Shown here: one piece after another, positions 9,674-18,936 of the stretch
How positions within the stretch are numbered: position 1 is the stretch's first letter
How the letters are laid out: each line of letters starts with the position of its first letter
NCBI GenBank assembly: GCA_016198905.1
Contig: JACQHR010000041.1
Span: 15,434 to 79,433 of the forward strand
DNA from: Candidatus Omnitrophota bacterium
GTDB taxonomy: Bacteria; Omnitrophota; Gorgyraeia; Aquiviventales; Aquiviventaceae
DNA: 64,000 nucleotides
Direction: 5' to 3'
Position numbers and translations under genes: made by a program
Notes under the pieces: generated by a model
Seen by the model: only the letters and a program-made list of their open reading frames with translations
What the model was told of the DNA's origin: nothing
Databases searched by the model: none

Positions 9674-11067
9674 GCATGCTCCGGGCCGCTCGGCCGAGAC
9701 GGCGACGGCGCAGAACTCTTCGTCTTGGACGGATCCGACGCCAGGTTGCCGGACCACGTCAAATTCACAATGGGGGTGATGGTCCGCGTGTGTTGCCCAT
9801 TGGACGAGGTCACGTCAATCGCGATCGTCTGCGTGCCCTCGGGCAACGCGACGCGGAGGCTGAAGGTGCCGTCTTTGCGCACGACGACCGGCTGGCCTTG
9901 CACGACCACGGTGGCCTTTGGCTCGGTCGCCCCATGGATGATGAGATCCGTATTGACGCGGCACCAGAAGCCGCGAACCGCCGCCGGCTTGCTCGGTCCG
10001 AGGAAACCCACGGATGACCCGCCGGCCGAGGACAGCTGTTGCGCAATGAGTCGTCCCCAAGCGGAGGGGCTTGAGCCTCCGATCCCGGGCGGCATCCCAA
10101 AGAGTTTCCAGTAGGCGTCGTCCGTCGTCATCCAGGCCTCATCGATCACATCCGAGGGCCCCCAACGCGGAGCCGTAACGCGATTGGAGCGCGCCAACAG
10201 GAGAAACTTCCCACCCTTGGTCAGCAAGCCGATCTCGACGATGAACGAGCGGCCCGGCGCGTCGGTTTGGATGTACCAGTTCGTCGCCAACCCGGAGAGC
10301 CCGATGTCGAAGAAGCGGTGCGCGGGCTGCCCAGGATAGTGGATGCCGGTCACGTCGTAGACGCGCAGGATGGATTGTAGGCCAGGAATTTCCGAGGGCA
10401 ACAAGTGGCTGCGCGCGGCGCGCTCGGTCGCGGGTTGAATCTCCCAGTAGGCGTAGAGCCAGAAGGGGTCCTTCACCATCAAGGCGATGAGATCGTCGCC
10501 ATAGCCCGTCGGAATGGAAAATTTCTCTTCCGGAGCCACGGGATGGGAGGCGGCGGCCGGGTGGCTATGGACGGAGTGCGCGGGCGGTGGAGAAACGGAC
10601 GGCGGCGTCCGGGTGGCCGGGGTCGCCCCTGTCGCGGAAATGGCCGGCTTCGGTTCACGCGATGCGGGTCGCCGCGTTCGTGTGGCCGATGCTGGGCGGC
10701 GTCGCATGCGCGCACTCTCCGTGGGTGGTGCGCTCGCGCGTGCGGCGCGCACCGTCGGCCCGCGAGCCGGCTTGCGCACGACAGAGACTCGGCGGACGTG
10801 CGCCGGCGTCGCCGGAGGCGTCTTGCGGGTCGGAGACTCTGGGGGGCGCGGACGTGCGGATGTCTTGCGTGTTATCGACCGCGCGCCTTGAGCGATCGCG
10901 GAGACGAGCGAGGACAGCGTTGACTTCCGTCGAGAGGGTGTGGCGGCCGCCGGTGTCGAGGACTTTCGGTTCTTGGAAGAGACGGGAGCGCTTTTAGCAG
11001 CAGAACGCGAGGTGGAGGATGTCGATGAGCGGGCGGCGTCCTTGCGGGACGATGCGCGACGTGCCAT
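9670..11067 (-). CDS. DUF4912-domain protein with ~180-aa basic S/T/P/R-rich N-terminal region
   Basis: DLIALMVKDPFWLYAYWEI is a DUF4912-type motif. A C-terminal beta-rich segment follows. The start codon within the low-complexity region is uncertain. Confidence 0.7.
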   Translation of the reverse strand: MARRASSRKDAARSSTSSTSRSAAKSAPVSSKNRKSSTPAAATPSRRKSTLSSLVSAIAQGARSITRKTSARPRPPESPTRKTPPATPAHVRRVSVVRKPARGPTVRAARASAPPTESARMRRRPASATRTRRPASREPKPAISATGATPATRTPPSVSPPPAHSVHSHPAAASHPVAPEEKFSIPTGYGDDLIALMVKDPFWLYAYWEIQPATERAARSHLLPSEIPGLQSILRVYDVTGIHYPGQPAHRFFDIGLSGLATNWYIQTDAPGRSFIVEIGLLTKGGKFLLLARSNRVTAPRWGPSDVIDEAWMTTDDAYWKLFGMPPGIGGSSPSAWGRLIAQQLSSAGGSSVGFLGPSKPAAVRGFWCRVNTDLIIHGATEPKATVVVQGQPVVVRKDGTFSLRVALPEGTQTIAIDVTSSNGQHTRTITPIVNLTWSGNLASDPSKTKSSAPSPSRPSGPEHA

Positions 11068-11130
11068 ACGGATGACCCCCCAGGTGCCTCACGAGCACGG
11101 AACTATTCCACGGACTTGTATTATAAAGCG

Positions 11131-11160
11131 TGCCGCCGCGCGCATGCAAATCCAAAGTCA
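11131..11160 (-). promoter_or_regulatory. candidate sigma70-type promoter of the glycogen operon
   Basis: The minus strand reads TTGCAT-18 nt-TATAAT, about 65 nt upstream of the DUF4912 ORF start. Confidence 0.35.
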
Positions 11161-11184
11161 CAAACGGCCGCGCCCCATCGGACG

Positions 11185-12405
11185 CTACCGCGGACTCACG
11201 CGCCATCCGTAACGGAAGAGGTCTGTGAACGACCGGCGAAACGCGCGGTTGGCGAGGTAGCTCAATGCGATCACGAGATAGCCGTACCCTAAGAGCATGC
11301 GAATGGCCGGCGTCGGAAACAGAAACTGCAGGAAAAACAGGCCCAGCAGCAGGAGCGCTTCCCACAATCCAAACTGCAGGTTCGCGAGAATGACGAGTCC
11401 TAGGAGCGATTGCGCAGCGGTCAAGAAGATTTCCTCGACCTGGCGCACATCGAGCGGCATCGGTTGCAGATGGCCTCCCGAGATCGAATAGACCAGCGGC
11501 AGCATCCCGACGAGCAGCGTCCACTGATTCACTTTCGAGGAGATCAACGTGCCCAAGCCGGCGGTGGGGTTGCGGCGCAAGGCAAAAATGATGGCGACGA
11601 TGAATTCGGGCGCTTCCGACGCCAGGGGTGCCAGCCACTGAATCAGGATGAATTCCTCAATCCTCAGGCGCCGGGCGTTATGGAGCAATCCGTTGGCGAA
11701 GGGCTCGGCGGAAATGAAAATCGCGTACGCCGGCAGCAGAAAAAGCATCGCAGTGACCACGCGTCTCCACGAACGCGGCAACAAGGCCAGCCGCTCCGGC
11801 GGACCGGCAAGCCCGGGTTCCTCCATATGACCGCGGCTGGCGCAGCGAATGTACACGACGAAGAGACTGAGGAAGAAGCCCGTGTCCCAGATGGAGAGCG
11901 TGCGCTTGATGGGAATGATGAACGCGTAGCACGTCGCCAGCAGGAGCGTGACGAGCTCGAGCCGCTGGCCGGGTTTGACCTTGATGGCGCCCTTGCGCGT
12001 GGCCGTCCAGGATGCCAACAAGACCGCGGACCATCCCATCCCGATGAGCAAACGATTCGCGCCCGTCATGTTGGCCGCCGCGAAGGCGATGTAGGACGGA
12101 TCGTGCGCGGCTTTCCACGCCAGGTACATGTCGACCGCGTATTCGGGTAGAACCGCCACGAGCGCGAGAAACGCGAGCGCCAGCGCCTGGGAAATTTCCA
12201 TCTGTGCCAGCTCCGCACCCCAGGACAGCAAGGCGGCGGCCCCAAAAATGGCCAGTCCCGGCAAGACGGTTTCCGCCACCGGTCCGAGGGAAAGATGCGC
12301 GAGGGAGTGGACGATGATCCATTGCCCGACGAGCCCGAGGGCAACCCCGAGAATCAGGTAGTCCCGGATCAAAGCCCGGAGCGGGCGGGCGGGTATTACG
12401 GACAT
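11185..12405 (-). CDS. cation/Ca2+ exchanger (CaCA-type) membrane protein
   Basis: 406 aa, polytopic. GAAALLSWGAELAQMEISQALALAFLALVAVLPEYAVD is alpha-repeat-like, and a second half repeat is present. Confidence 0.65.
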   Translation of the reverse strand: MSVIPARPLRALIRDYLILGVALGLVGQWIIVHSLAHLSLGPVAETVLPGLAIFGAAALLSWGAELAQMEISQALALAFLALVAVLPEYAVDMYLAWKAAHDPSYIAFAAANMTGANRLLIGMGWSAVLLASWTATRKGAIKVKPGQRLELVTLLLATCYAFIIPIKRTLSIWDTGFFLSLFVVYIRCASRGHMEEPGLAGPPERLALLPRSWRRVVTAMLFLLPAYAIFISAEPFANGLLHNARRLRIEEFILIQWLAPLASEAPEFIVAIIFALRRNPTAGLGTLISSKVNQWTLLVGMLPLVYSISGGHLQPMPLDVRQVEEIFLTAAQSLLGLVILANLQFGLWEALLLLGLFFLQFLFPTPAIRMLLGYGYLVIALSYLANRAFRRSFTDLFRYGWRVSPR

Positions 12406-12451
12406 CGCATCGGGTCGTGCGCTGGTGAGGGTCCGGCGGTGTGCGGGGCGC

Positions 12452-12694
12452 TTACGAGCTGACGACGTCCCCGACGACGGGTTCGACTTTGATGCCCTTC
12501 TTTTCCAGGAATTGGACCGCCTTCTTGAGCCCGTCCTCGGAGCCTTCGAGCTCGAGGGTCACTTCTCCGATGCTGTCCGTGACCCGCGCGCGGCGGATGT
12601 TGGGAATGATGTCATACTCTTTGGACATCATGTAGATGACCGGTTCCTTGATGAGATGCTGCGGAAAAATGAGGGTGACCTGTTTCCGTGCCAT
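12452..12694 (-). CDS. stand-alone NIL-domain protein
   Basis: GGAGG RBS before the ATG at 12694. MARKQVTLIFPQHLIKEPVIYMMSKEYDIIPNIRRARVTDSIGEVTLELEG...FLEKKGIKVEPV matches the NIL fold pattern seen at the MetN C-terminus. Confidence 0.7.
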   Translation of the reverse strand: MARKQVTLIFPQHLIKEPVIYMMSKEYDIIPNIRRARVTDSIGEVTLELEGSEDGLKKAVQFLEKKGIKVEPVVGDVVSS

Positions 12695-12747
12695 GCGTCT
12701 CCTGACCTCCTTAGTTGCGCCTGATGGCCTCACAATGATCCCGAATG

Positions 12748-13551
12748 TCACGCCGTCCCGGCGCACAGCGGTTCCAGTTCCATGAGCGTCCGGATGGTGG
12801 GCTGCTCGCCGCAGACCGCGCACTGCGTATTGCGACGCACCGGCACGTCACGGACACGGCTTGTCATGCCGTCAAACATGAAGAGCCGATCGACCACGGG
12901 CTCCCCAAGACCCAAAAGGACTTTCAGCGTCTCATGCGCCATGAGGCTGCCGAGGATGCCGGCGACCGCTCCCACCACGCCGGCTTCCTGACAACTGGGA
13001 ATCGACCCTGCAGGCGGGGGTTCAGGAAACACACAGCGAAAGCACGCCCCTTGCCGAGGGAGAATCGTCATCACCTGCCCACCGAAATGGACGACACCGC
13101 CATGGATCAGCGGTTTGCCGAGCAACACGGCCGCGTCATTGACGAGATAGCGCGTGGAAAAATTATCCGACCCATCCACGACCACGTCATACGCATCGAG
13201 GATGTCTGCCGCATTGGCCGCACTCAGCCGCTCTTGAATTGGAATCACGGTCACGTGCGGATTGAGCGCTTCCAGCCGCGCCTGTGCCGAGCGCGCTTTG
13301 GGGGAGCCCACAGCTTCCGTCGTATGCAGAATTTGGCGATGGAGATTGCTCAGCGCCACGGACTCGGGGTCGATGATGCCAATGGTCCCCACGCCGGCCG
13401 CCGCCAGATAGAACGCCGCCGGCGAGCCCAATCCTCCGGCTCCGATGATGAGCACGGCCGCGTGGGTCAACTGCTGCTGCCCGGCCACCCCGATTTCCGG
13501 CAGGATCAGCTGACGACCATATCGCAAGATTTGTTCTTTAGATAATGTCAT
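12748..13551 (-). CDS. moeB: MoeB/ThiF-family E1-like adenylyltransferase, no rhodanese domain
   Basis: YGRQLILPEIGVAGQQQLTHAAVLIIGAGGLGSPAAFYLAAAGVG nucleotide-binding motif. CFRC...CAVC zinc motifs. Confidence 0.9.
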   Translation of the reverse strand: MTLSKEQILRYGRQLILPEIGVAGQQQLTHAAVLIIGAGGLGSPAAFYLAAAGVGTIGIIDPESVALSNLHRQILHTTEAVGSPKARSAQARLEALNPHVTVIPIQERLSAANAADILDAYDVVVDGSDNFSTRYLVNDAAVLLGKPLIHGGVVHFGGQVMTILPRQGACFRCVFPEPPPAGSIPSCQEAGVVGAVAGILGSLMAHETLKVLLGLGEPVVDRLFMFDGMTSRVRDVPVRRNTQCAVCGEQPTIRTLMELEPLCAGTA

Positions 13552-13560
13552 CGCGTTATG

Positions 13561-13601
13561 GGTGGCCTGGTGGCCACGAGGTCACACGGTCACGTGGCCA
13601 C
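13561..13601. repeat. REP-like palindromic element, copy B; overlaps the 3' end of the sulfur-carrier CDS
   Basis: ggtggcctggtggccacgaggtcacacggtcacgtggccac. It shares the 18-mer cacacggtcacgtggcca with copy C and has two self-complementary gtggccac octamers. Confidence 0.6.
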
Positions 13602-13881
13602 TGTATGATCCGCCGGCGATCGCAGGGATAATGGACACTTCGTCGCCGTCTTTGACCGCGGTCTGGTCGCCCTGGAGAAACCGGATGTCTTCCTCGTTCA
13701 CGAAGACGTTGACGAACCGGCGCAGCTTGCCCTGCGGGTCGCAGATGCGCTCTTTGATCCCCGGGTAGCGACGCTCCAGGTCACCCAAGAGCTCGGTGAC
13801 CGTCTTGCCGTCACAGGAGACTTCGCCCTGCCCGTTGGTGAGCCGCTGCAGCGGTGTCGGAATGCGCACGGTAATCGCCAT
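13582..13881 (-). CDS. MoaD/ThiS/CysO-like ubiquitin-fold sulfur carrier with 8-aa extension after the Gly-Gly
   Basis: GGAGG RBS. MAITVRIPTPLQRL...GDEVSIIPAIAGG-SYSGHVTV. About 90 aa of beta-grasp pattern ends in GG, then a tail follows. Confidence 0.8.
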   Translation of the reverse strand: MAITVRIPTPLQRLTNGQGEVSCDGKTVTELLGDLERRYPGIKERICDPQGKLRRFVNVFVNEEDIRFLQGDQTAVKDGDEVSIIPAIAGGSYSGHVTV

Positions 13882-13903
13882 GAAACCTCCTGCGTGGTGA
13901 GGG

Positions 13904-15154
13904 TTATCGCGCCGAGACGCCCCTGATGCGATCGCCAAGATTGTCTTCGAACGACGCCAGTGTGGGCTTGATGCGCGTCGCACTGCCCAGCCGATTCATG
14001 AGGGGTTCTTGCGTTTTCAATCCATTGCCGGTGATGCACACGACAATGGATTCGTCGCGTGGAATGGTTCCCTGCTCGATGAGCTTCTTGGTGACGGCAA
14101 GCGTCACCCCGCCGGCCGTCTCGGTGAAGACGCCTTCGGTTTCCGCGAGGAGCTTCATGGCCTCGATAATTTCATCGTCGCTGGCGGACTCGGCCCAGCC
14201 GCCGGAGTCCAGGACCGTTTTAGTGGCCGAGTAGCCATCAGCAGGATTGCCGATGGCGAGCGATTTGGCAATCGTGTTGGGCTTCACCGGCTTGACGATA
14301 TCGGCGCGCGCTTTGATCGTCGTGACGATCGGCGCGCAGCCTGTTGCCTGCGCGCAGTAAAATTTGGTGTGCGCCTCGGAGAGCAGCCCGAGGAGTGTCA
14401 GTTCCTTGAAGGCCTTGCCGATCTTCGTGATCAATGAGCCGCCCGCAGCGGGAATCACAATGTGCTGCGGCACGCGCCAGCCGAGCTGCTCGGCGATCTC
14501 GTAGCCGTAGGTCTTCGAGCCTTCCGCGTAGTAGGGGCGGATGTTGATGTTGACGAAGGCCCACGGGTACTTGGCCCCGATCTCGGCGCACAACCGGTTC
14601 ACTTCATCGTAGGTGCCTTCCACCGCAATGAGCGTGGGTTGATAGATGAGCGAGGCGATGACCTTGCCCATCTCCAGATCCGCGGGAATGAAGATGAAGC
14701 GCTTCAAGCCGGCTTTCGCCGCATGCGCGGAGACGGAATTGGCCAGGTTGCCCGTCGAGGCGCAGGCGACGGTATCGAAGCCGAACTCTTTCGCGCGGGT
14801 GAGTGCGACGGAGACGACGCGATCTTTGAAAGAGAGGGTCGGATGCGAGACGGAGTCGTCTTTGATGTAGAGTTCGCGCACGCCCAACGCGGTCGCGAGA
14901 CGGTCGGCCCTGAAGAAGGGGGTGAACCCCGAGGTCAAACCCACGGTCGGTTCCCCCTCGATAGGCAGCAACTCGCGATACCGCCACAGCGACTTGGGAC
15001 GCGACGCAAGGGCGGTTTTGGTCAGCACGCGGCGAATCGCGTCGTAGTCGTAATCCACCTCAACGCCGCCGAAACAGTACTCGCAGACGAACACCACCTC
15101 TTTGGGATAGCGGCGGCCGCATTCGCGACATTTGAGTCCAATGACGTAACTCAT
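13904..15154 (-). CDS. thrC: threonine synthase family PLP enzyme
   Basis: N-terminal zinc ribbon CRECGRRYP...CEYC and the PLP-lysine motif TLSFKDR. The start at MSYVIGLKC fits homologs. Confidence 0.85.
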   Translation of the reverse strand: MSYVIGLKCRECGRRYPKEVVFVCEYCFGGVEVDYDYDAIRRVLTKTALASRPKSLWRYRELLPIEGEPTVGLTSGFTPFFRADRLATALGVRELYIKDDSVSHPTLSFKDRVVSVALTRAKEFGFDTVACASTGNLANSVSAHAAKAGLKRFIFIPADLEMGKVIASLIYQPTLIAVEGTYDEVNRLCAEIGAKYPWAFVNINIRPYYAEGSKTYGYEIAEQLGWRVPQHIVIPAAGGSLITKIGKAFKELTLLGLLSEAHTKFYCAQATGCAPIVTTIKARADIVKPVKPNTIAKSLAIGNPADGYSATKTVLDSGGWAESASDDEIIEAMKLLAETEGVFTETAGGVTLAVTKKLIEQGTIPRDESIVVCITGNGLKTQEPLMNRLGSATRIKPTLASFEDNLGDRIRGVSAR

Positions 15155-15212
15155 GCGTTGGTGCGCTCGAGTTCTCGGACGTGGAATAAGATGCGTTGGT
15201 CCCACACGAGCC

Positions 15213-15473
15213 TCACGTGATGAGTGCTCGTTTTCTCACGAGCAGCCGCACGCCAGTCGTGGCCGGCTCGCTGACGAGGATCTCATGGCCTTCCGCGCGG
15301 AGCCCAAACGGAATGGTGTTCAACGGTTCGCCTTCATCGATGTAGAGTTCGAGGATTTCGTGCTCGGCCATTCCCTGCAATTGGACGACGGCTTTCTGAT
15401 AGCTCTCGGGACGATCGATCCCCCGAGCATCAAGAGACGCGTCGACGCGCAGGCCCGTCAGCGGTGTGGACAT
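15213..15473 (-). CDS. TusA/SirA-fold protein lacking the catalytic cysteine
   Basis: LDARGIDRPESY...ELYIDEGEPLNTIPFGLRAEGHEIL...LVRKR aligns by eye with E. coli TusA LDALGLRCPEP...IIADDPATTRDIP...LIRKG, but Cys is replaced by Arg. Confidence 0.5.
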   Translation of the reverse strand: MSTPLTGLRVDASLDARGIDRPESYQKAVVQLQGMAEHEILELYIDEGEPLNTIPFGLRAEGHEILVSEPATTGVRLLVRKRALIT

Positions 15474-16414
15474 TAGCTCTCAAAAAAGGCGTAGATGCTC
15501 AAGTACCGTTCTCCCGTATCAGAAAATACCGTGACCACGGTTTTACCGCTGCCCAGTTCTTTGGCGACCTTCAGCGCGGCCCAGCAGGCGGCTCCGGAGG
15601 AAATGCCGACGAAGAGCCCTTCTTCTTTCGCCAAGCGCCTTGAGGTCTCGTAGGCCTGCTCATCCGTGACTGGTATGATCTCATCAATGACGGCGCGATT
15701 CAAGACCTGCGGCACGAATCCCGCTCCGATGCCTTGAATCATGTGCGGCCCAGGGGCCCCACCGGAAAGCACCGGGGACGCCTTCGGTTCCACCGCCACA
15801 ATCTTCACGTTCGGATTCCTGCGTTTGAGGACTTCGCCGACTCCGGTCATGGTGCCGCCGGTGCCGACACCCGCCACGAACGCATCGATGGCGCCGTCGG
15901 TGACACGCAGAATTTCCTGCGCGGTCGTTTTGCGATGCGCCTCGGGATTGGCCGGATTGATGAACTGTTGGGGCATGAACGCGTTGGGGGTCTCTTTCGT
16001 GATTTTCTCGGCGCGTCTGACGGCTCCGATCATGCCTTCGGCGGCCGGCGTCAGCACGACCTCGGCGCCGTAGCCTTTGAGAATTTGGATGCGTTCGGCG
16101 CTCATCGTTTCCGGCATCGTCAGGACGATTTGGTAGCCTTTGGCCGCGCAAATCATCGCCAGGCCAATGCCGGTATTACCGCTCGTGGGCTCGACCACCG
16201 TCGAGCCGGGCTTGAGGAGTCCCTTGGCCTCGGCGTCTTCGATCATCGCCAGACAGATGCGGTCCTTCACGCTGCCGCCCGGATTGAACGATTCGAGCTT
16301 CGCAATGATGGTTGCCATGCGCGGTTCGACGATCCGCTGCAGGCGCAGCATCGGCGTATTCCCGATGAGTTCGACCACGCTCTCGGCGACTTTATGTTTG
16401 ACCGTATTCATCAT
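15473..16414 (-). CDS. cysK: cysteine synthase (O-acetyl/O-phosphoserine sulfhydrylase family)
   Basis: GNTPMLRL, the PLP-lysine [14 protein letters not shown], and GTGGT motifs. The A versus B/M subtype cannot be decided by eye. Confidence 0.9.
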   Translation of the reverse strand: MMNTVKHKVAESVVELIGNTPMLRLQRIVEPRMATIIAKLESFNPGGSVKDRICLAMIEDAEAKGLLKPGSTVVEPTSGNTGIGLAMICAAKGYQIVLTMPETMSAERIQILKGYGAEVVLTPAAEGMIGAVRRAEKITKETPNAFMPQQFINPANPEAHRKTTAQEILRVTDGAIDAFVAGVGTGGTMTGVGEVLKRRNPNVKIVAVEPKASPVLSGGAPGPHMIQGIGAGFVPQVLNRAVIDEIIPVTDEQAYETSRRLAKEEGLFVGISSGAACWAALKVAKELGSGKTVVTVFSDTGERYLSIYAFFES

Positions 16415-16680
16415 CTCGTGTGTTCGCGGTGGGGAAGGATGCGCAGGGTCCGGTGTGCGCGTTCATGAACCGAGTGCCCTTGACTTGCGGCCCAGACGCG
16501 CAGATCCGCGGCGACATCCATCGTATTGTACATGACGTCAAGCGCCTGACTAGGCTGGAGCGCGTTCACGGCTTGCGCGACCACCGCCAGCGCCTGCGCG
16601 CAGAGCATGTCGCGCGCGTCCACGGTCAGCGTCGGAAGTTCGGCCATTATACCAGGTTGATTGAATCCTGTCTGCGTCAC
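16411..16680 (-). CDS. TusA/SirA-like sulfurtransferase, Cys retained
   Basis: [34 protein letters not shown] compares with TusA LDALGLRCPEPVMMVRKTV. ATGA overlaps on both sides. Confidence 0.65.
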   Translation of the reverse strand: MTQTGFNQPGIMAELPTLTVDARDMLCAQALAVVAQAVNALQPSQALDVMYNTMDVAADLRVWAASQGHSVHERAHRTLRILPHREHTR

Positions 16681-17084
16681 CCGCCCGACTCGATGGTCAC
16701 AGGCTCTGGCGCAATCGTCTGCCCGTTAATCCGATAACTTTTGACATCCGGATGCGCCTGATCGTTCAACGACACGAGCACGTAGGATACGTCCGGCGAA
16801 ATGGCCAGACTGACATCCACCGATGACGGATACGCAGCGCTGGCCGTGTGGGAATGGAAAATTCCCAGGAGCTGCTGCCCCTGCCGGCGCATCTGCTGTT
16901 CCACCCGGAGCTGTTCGCGCGGGTCCATCGCGTAGCCGATCGAGCTGTCTTCGATGTTTGTCATCGGGTAGACCTGCATGACGCGGCCGTCGTTCCCTGC
17001 CAAGAGTCCGCACGCTTCTTTCGGATAACGGCTGCGGCAATGCGCGACCATCCGGTCCTGCAGGGCGTGCGGCATCCGCAGCAT
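16677..17084 (-). CDS. JAMM/MPN+ metallopeptidase (Mec/HcyD/QbsD-like)
   Basis: EACGLL glutamate motif plus HSHTASAAYPSSVD, which fits H-x-H-x7-S-x2-D. The start is 1 nt after the permease stop. Confidence 0.85.
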   Translation of the reverse strand: MLRMPHALQDRMVAHCRSRYPKEACGLLAGNDGRVMQVYPMTNIEDSSIGYAMDPREQLRVEQQMRRQGQQLLGIFHSHTASAAYPSSVDVSLAISPDVSYVLVSLNDQAHPDVKSYRINGQTIAPEPVTIESGG

Positions 17085-17085
17085 G

Positions 17086-17847
17086 TCACAGCGTTCCCGT
17101 GCCCCAGCGTTCGCGGACACGCCGCTCCAGGGGAGCAAAGGCCATCCGATCAACGAGGAGCCCCAAGGCCACGATCACCGCCATAACCGCAATCACTTGG
17201 CTCATGTCGTTCAATTCGCGTCCCATCATCAGCAAGTGCCCTAACCCGACGTGGCCGTACAATAACTCCCCGGCCATCAGCGCGCGCCAGGCAAACGACC
17301 AGCCCAGCTTCATGCCGGTGACAATCCCGGGCAACGCGGCCGGAAGCATCACCTGCAGATACAGCCGCCAGCCTGATGCCCCCATGTTTTTTGCCGCGCG
17401 GATTTGCTGTCTGGGAGTATGCTGCACGCCATCTTCCGCCGATAAACTGATAGACAGCACGGCCCCCATGACGACGACGAAGATAATCGCGCGTTCGTTC
17501 AGTCCGAACCAGAGCAAGGCCAAGGGCAACCAGCAGATGCTCGGCAGTGTTTGCAATCCCAGCAGCAGCGCTCCTATTGTTTGATGCAGCCAGCGAATCG
17601 AGCCGGTCAAGAGTCCCAATGGCAATCCGATCGCCAACGACATCCCGTAGCCAATGACGAGCCGCGTGAGACTCACGCCGAGCGCCCGCACGAGCGTGCC
17701 GTCTCGCAGGCTGTGGACGAGCATGGCGGCCACGCTCTGTGGCGAGGGAAACAGGAAGTCCGGCCACACGCGCAACAGATAGAGGGCCTGCCATCCCAGC
17801 AGCAGGCTTGCAAAAAACGCGACGCGGTACCACACCACTCGTTGCAT
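17086..17847 (-). CDS. ABC transporter permease, NitT/TauT (sulfonate/taurine/nitrate) family
   Basis: 6-TM pattern. EAA-loop RAAKNMGASGWRLYLQVMLPAALP is typical of SsuC/TauC-type permeases. Confidence 0.85.
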   Translation of the reverse strand: MQRVVWYRVAFFASLLLGWQALYLLRVWPDFLFPSPQSVAAMLVHSLRDGTLVRALGVSLTRLVIGYGMSLAIGLPLGLLTGSIRWLHQTIGALLLGLQTLPSICWLPLALLWFGLNERAIIFVVVMGAVLSISLSAEDGVQHTPRQQIRAAKNMGASGWRLYLQVMLPAALPGIVTGMKLGWSFAWRALMAGELLYGHVGLGHLLMMGRELNDMSQVIAVMAVIVALGLLVDRMAFAPLERRVRERWGTGTL

Positions 17848-17862
17848 CGAATACCTTGGGCC

Positions 17863-18927
17863 TCACGAGCCAGACACGTCTGGCAGTTGTTGTTCCCGCA
17901 GAACGGTATTGAGCAAGGTCGCATCGACCAGCCCGCTGAGGTTCGGGTTCGACGCTCCTAAGAATCCAACCGTGAACGCATGCTGCGCGCAGGCTTGCAA
18001 AGACGTCGCGAGCGGATCGTACGTCACCGTCAGCCTGGACCAGGCGTCATCCAGCACGGCAGCCGCAATGGGTTTGCCGGTCAGCCGCTGGAGCTCTGTA
18101 TTCAGCATCGCCTTGGCATCAACGGGATGCGCCGCAATCCAACGCGTCAGCTCCACATGCGCGCGCAACCATCGAAGAATCAACTCCTGGCGATCGTGCA
18201 GCGCCTGTGCGCTGACAATGACCACGGCGGTTGGGAATTGCCGCGTGGGCCAGAGGTCTCGTTCATCGACGAGGATCCGCCCATGGGCCTCATGCACGAG
18301 ACGAGCCCCCCACGGTTCCGGCACCCAGGCCGCGTCAATCTCCTTGCGCAGGAATCCACTGAGGATATCCGCATTCTGCATCGGCGTGACGCGGACCGTG
18401 CCTCCCCGCTCCGTCGCCTCAAGGTCGTGCTGGCGCAAGTAATGCCGCAGCGCGATGTCTTGCGTATTCCCTAATTGCGGCGTGGCGATGATCCGATTTG
18501 GAAAATCCTGCACCGACGTGATCCCGCTGTCCTCGCGCACGACGAGCACGGCGCCTCCGCTGGCCGCCCCCGCGACAATGCGCAAAGCCTGGCCATGAGA
18601 TTTCACAAAGCCATTGATGGCCGGATTCGGACCGATATACACCAGATCGAGTTCCCCGGCAAAGAGCGCTTCAATGGCAGCAGGGCCGGCATTCAGCGCA
18701 AAGGGGCGGATGTGCGCGTCCTCGCCCAGCGCCCGCTGAAACGCCCCGTTTGATAGACCAATCAGGGCTTGGGCATGAGTGATGTTCGGAAAGTAACCCA
18801 CGCGCAACTCCATCGCCCTGGGCTGTGGCTTGTCACAACCGCTGAGGAGCAGCAGCCCCATCGAGAGGGGGAGTCCCCAGCTCGACACGCTCCTGAACGA
18901 TTGCCACAACGACACGCCCATCCCCAT
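17863..18927 (-). CDS. ABC substrate-binding lipoprotein, NMT1/SsuA/TauA-like
   Basis: Lipobox LLLLSGC. VGYFPNITHAQALIG and LVYIGPNPAING are typical of this SBP family. Confidence 0.75.
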   Translation of the reverse strand: MGMGVSLWQSFRSVSSWGLPLSMGLLLLSGCDKPQPRAMELRVGYFPNITHAQALIGLSNGAFQRALGEDAHIRPFALNAGPAAIEALFAGELDLVYIGPNPAINGFVKSHGQALRIVAGAASGGAVLVVREDSGITSVQDFPNRIIATPQLGNTQDIALRHYLRQHDLEATERGGTVRVTPMQNADILSGFLRKEIDAAWVPEPWGARLVHEAHGRILVDERDLWPTRQFPTAVVIVSAQALHDRQELILRWLRAHVELTRWIAAHPVDAKAMLNTELQRLTGKPIAAAVLDDAWSRLTVTYDPLATSLQACAQHAFTVGFLGASNPNLSGLVDATLLNTVLREQQLPDVSGS

Positions 18928-18936
18928 GCCCTCCTG

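Noticed and set aside
9026-16468. Left-arm plus-strand ORFs: 9026..10114 (362 aa), 10405..10997, 11410..12150, 12745..13545, 14462..15220 and 15734..16468.
   Set aside because: They are antisense to GH57/DUF4912, the cation exchanger, moeB, thrC and cysteine synthase respectively. The real genes are supported by family motifs on the minus strand.
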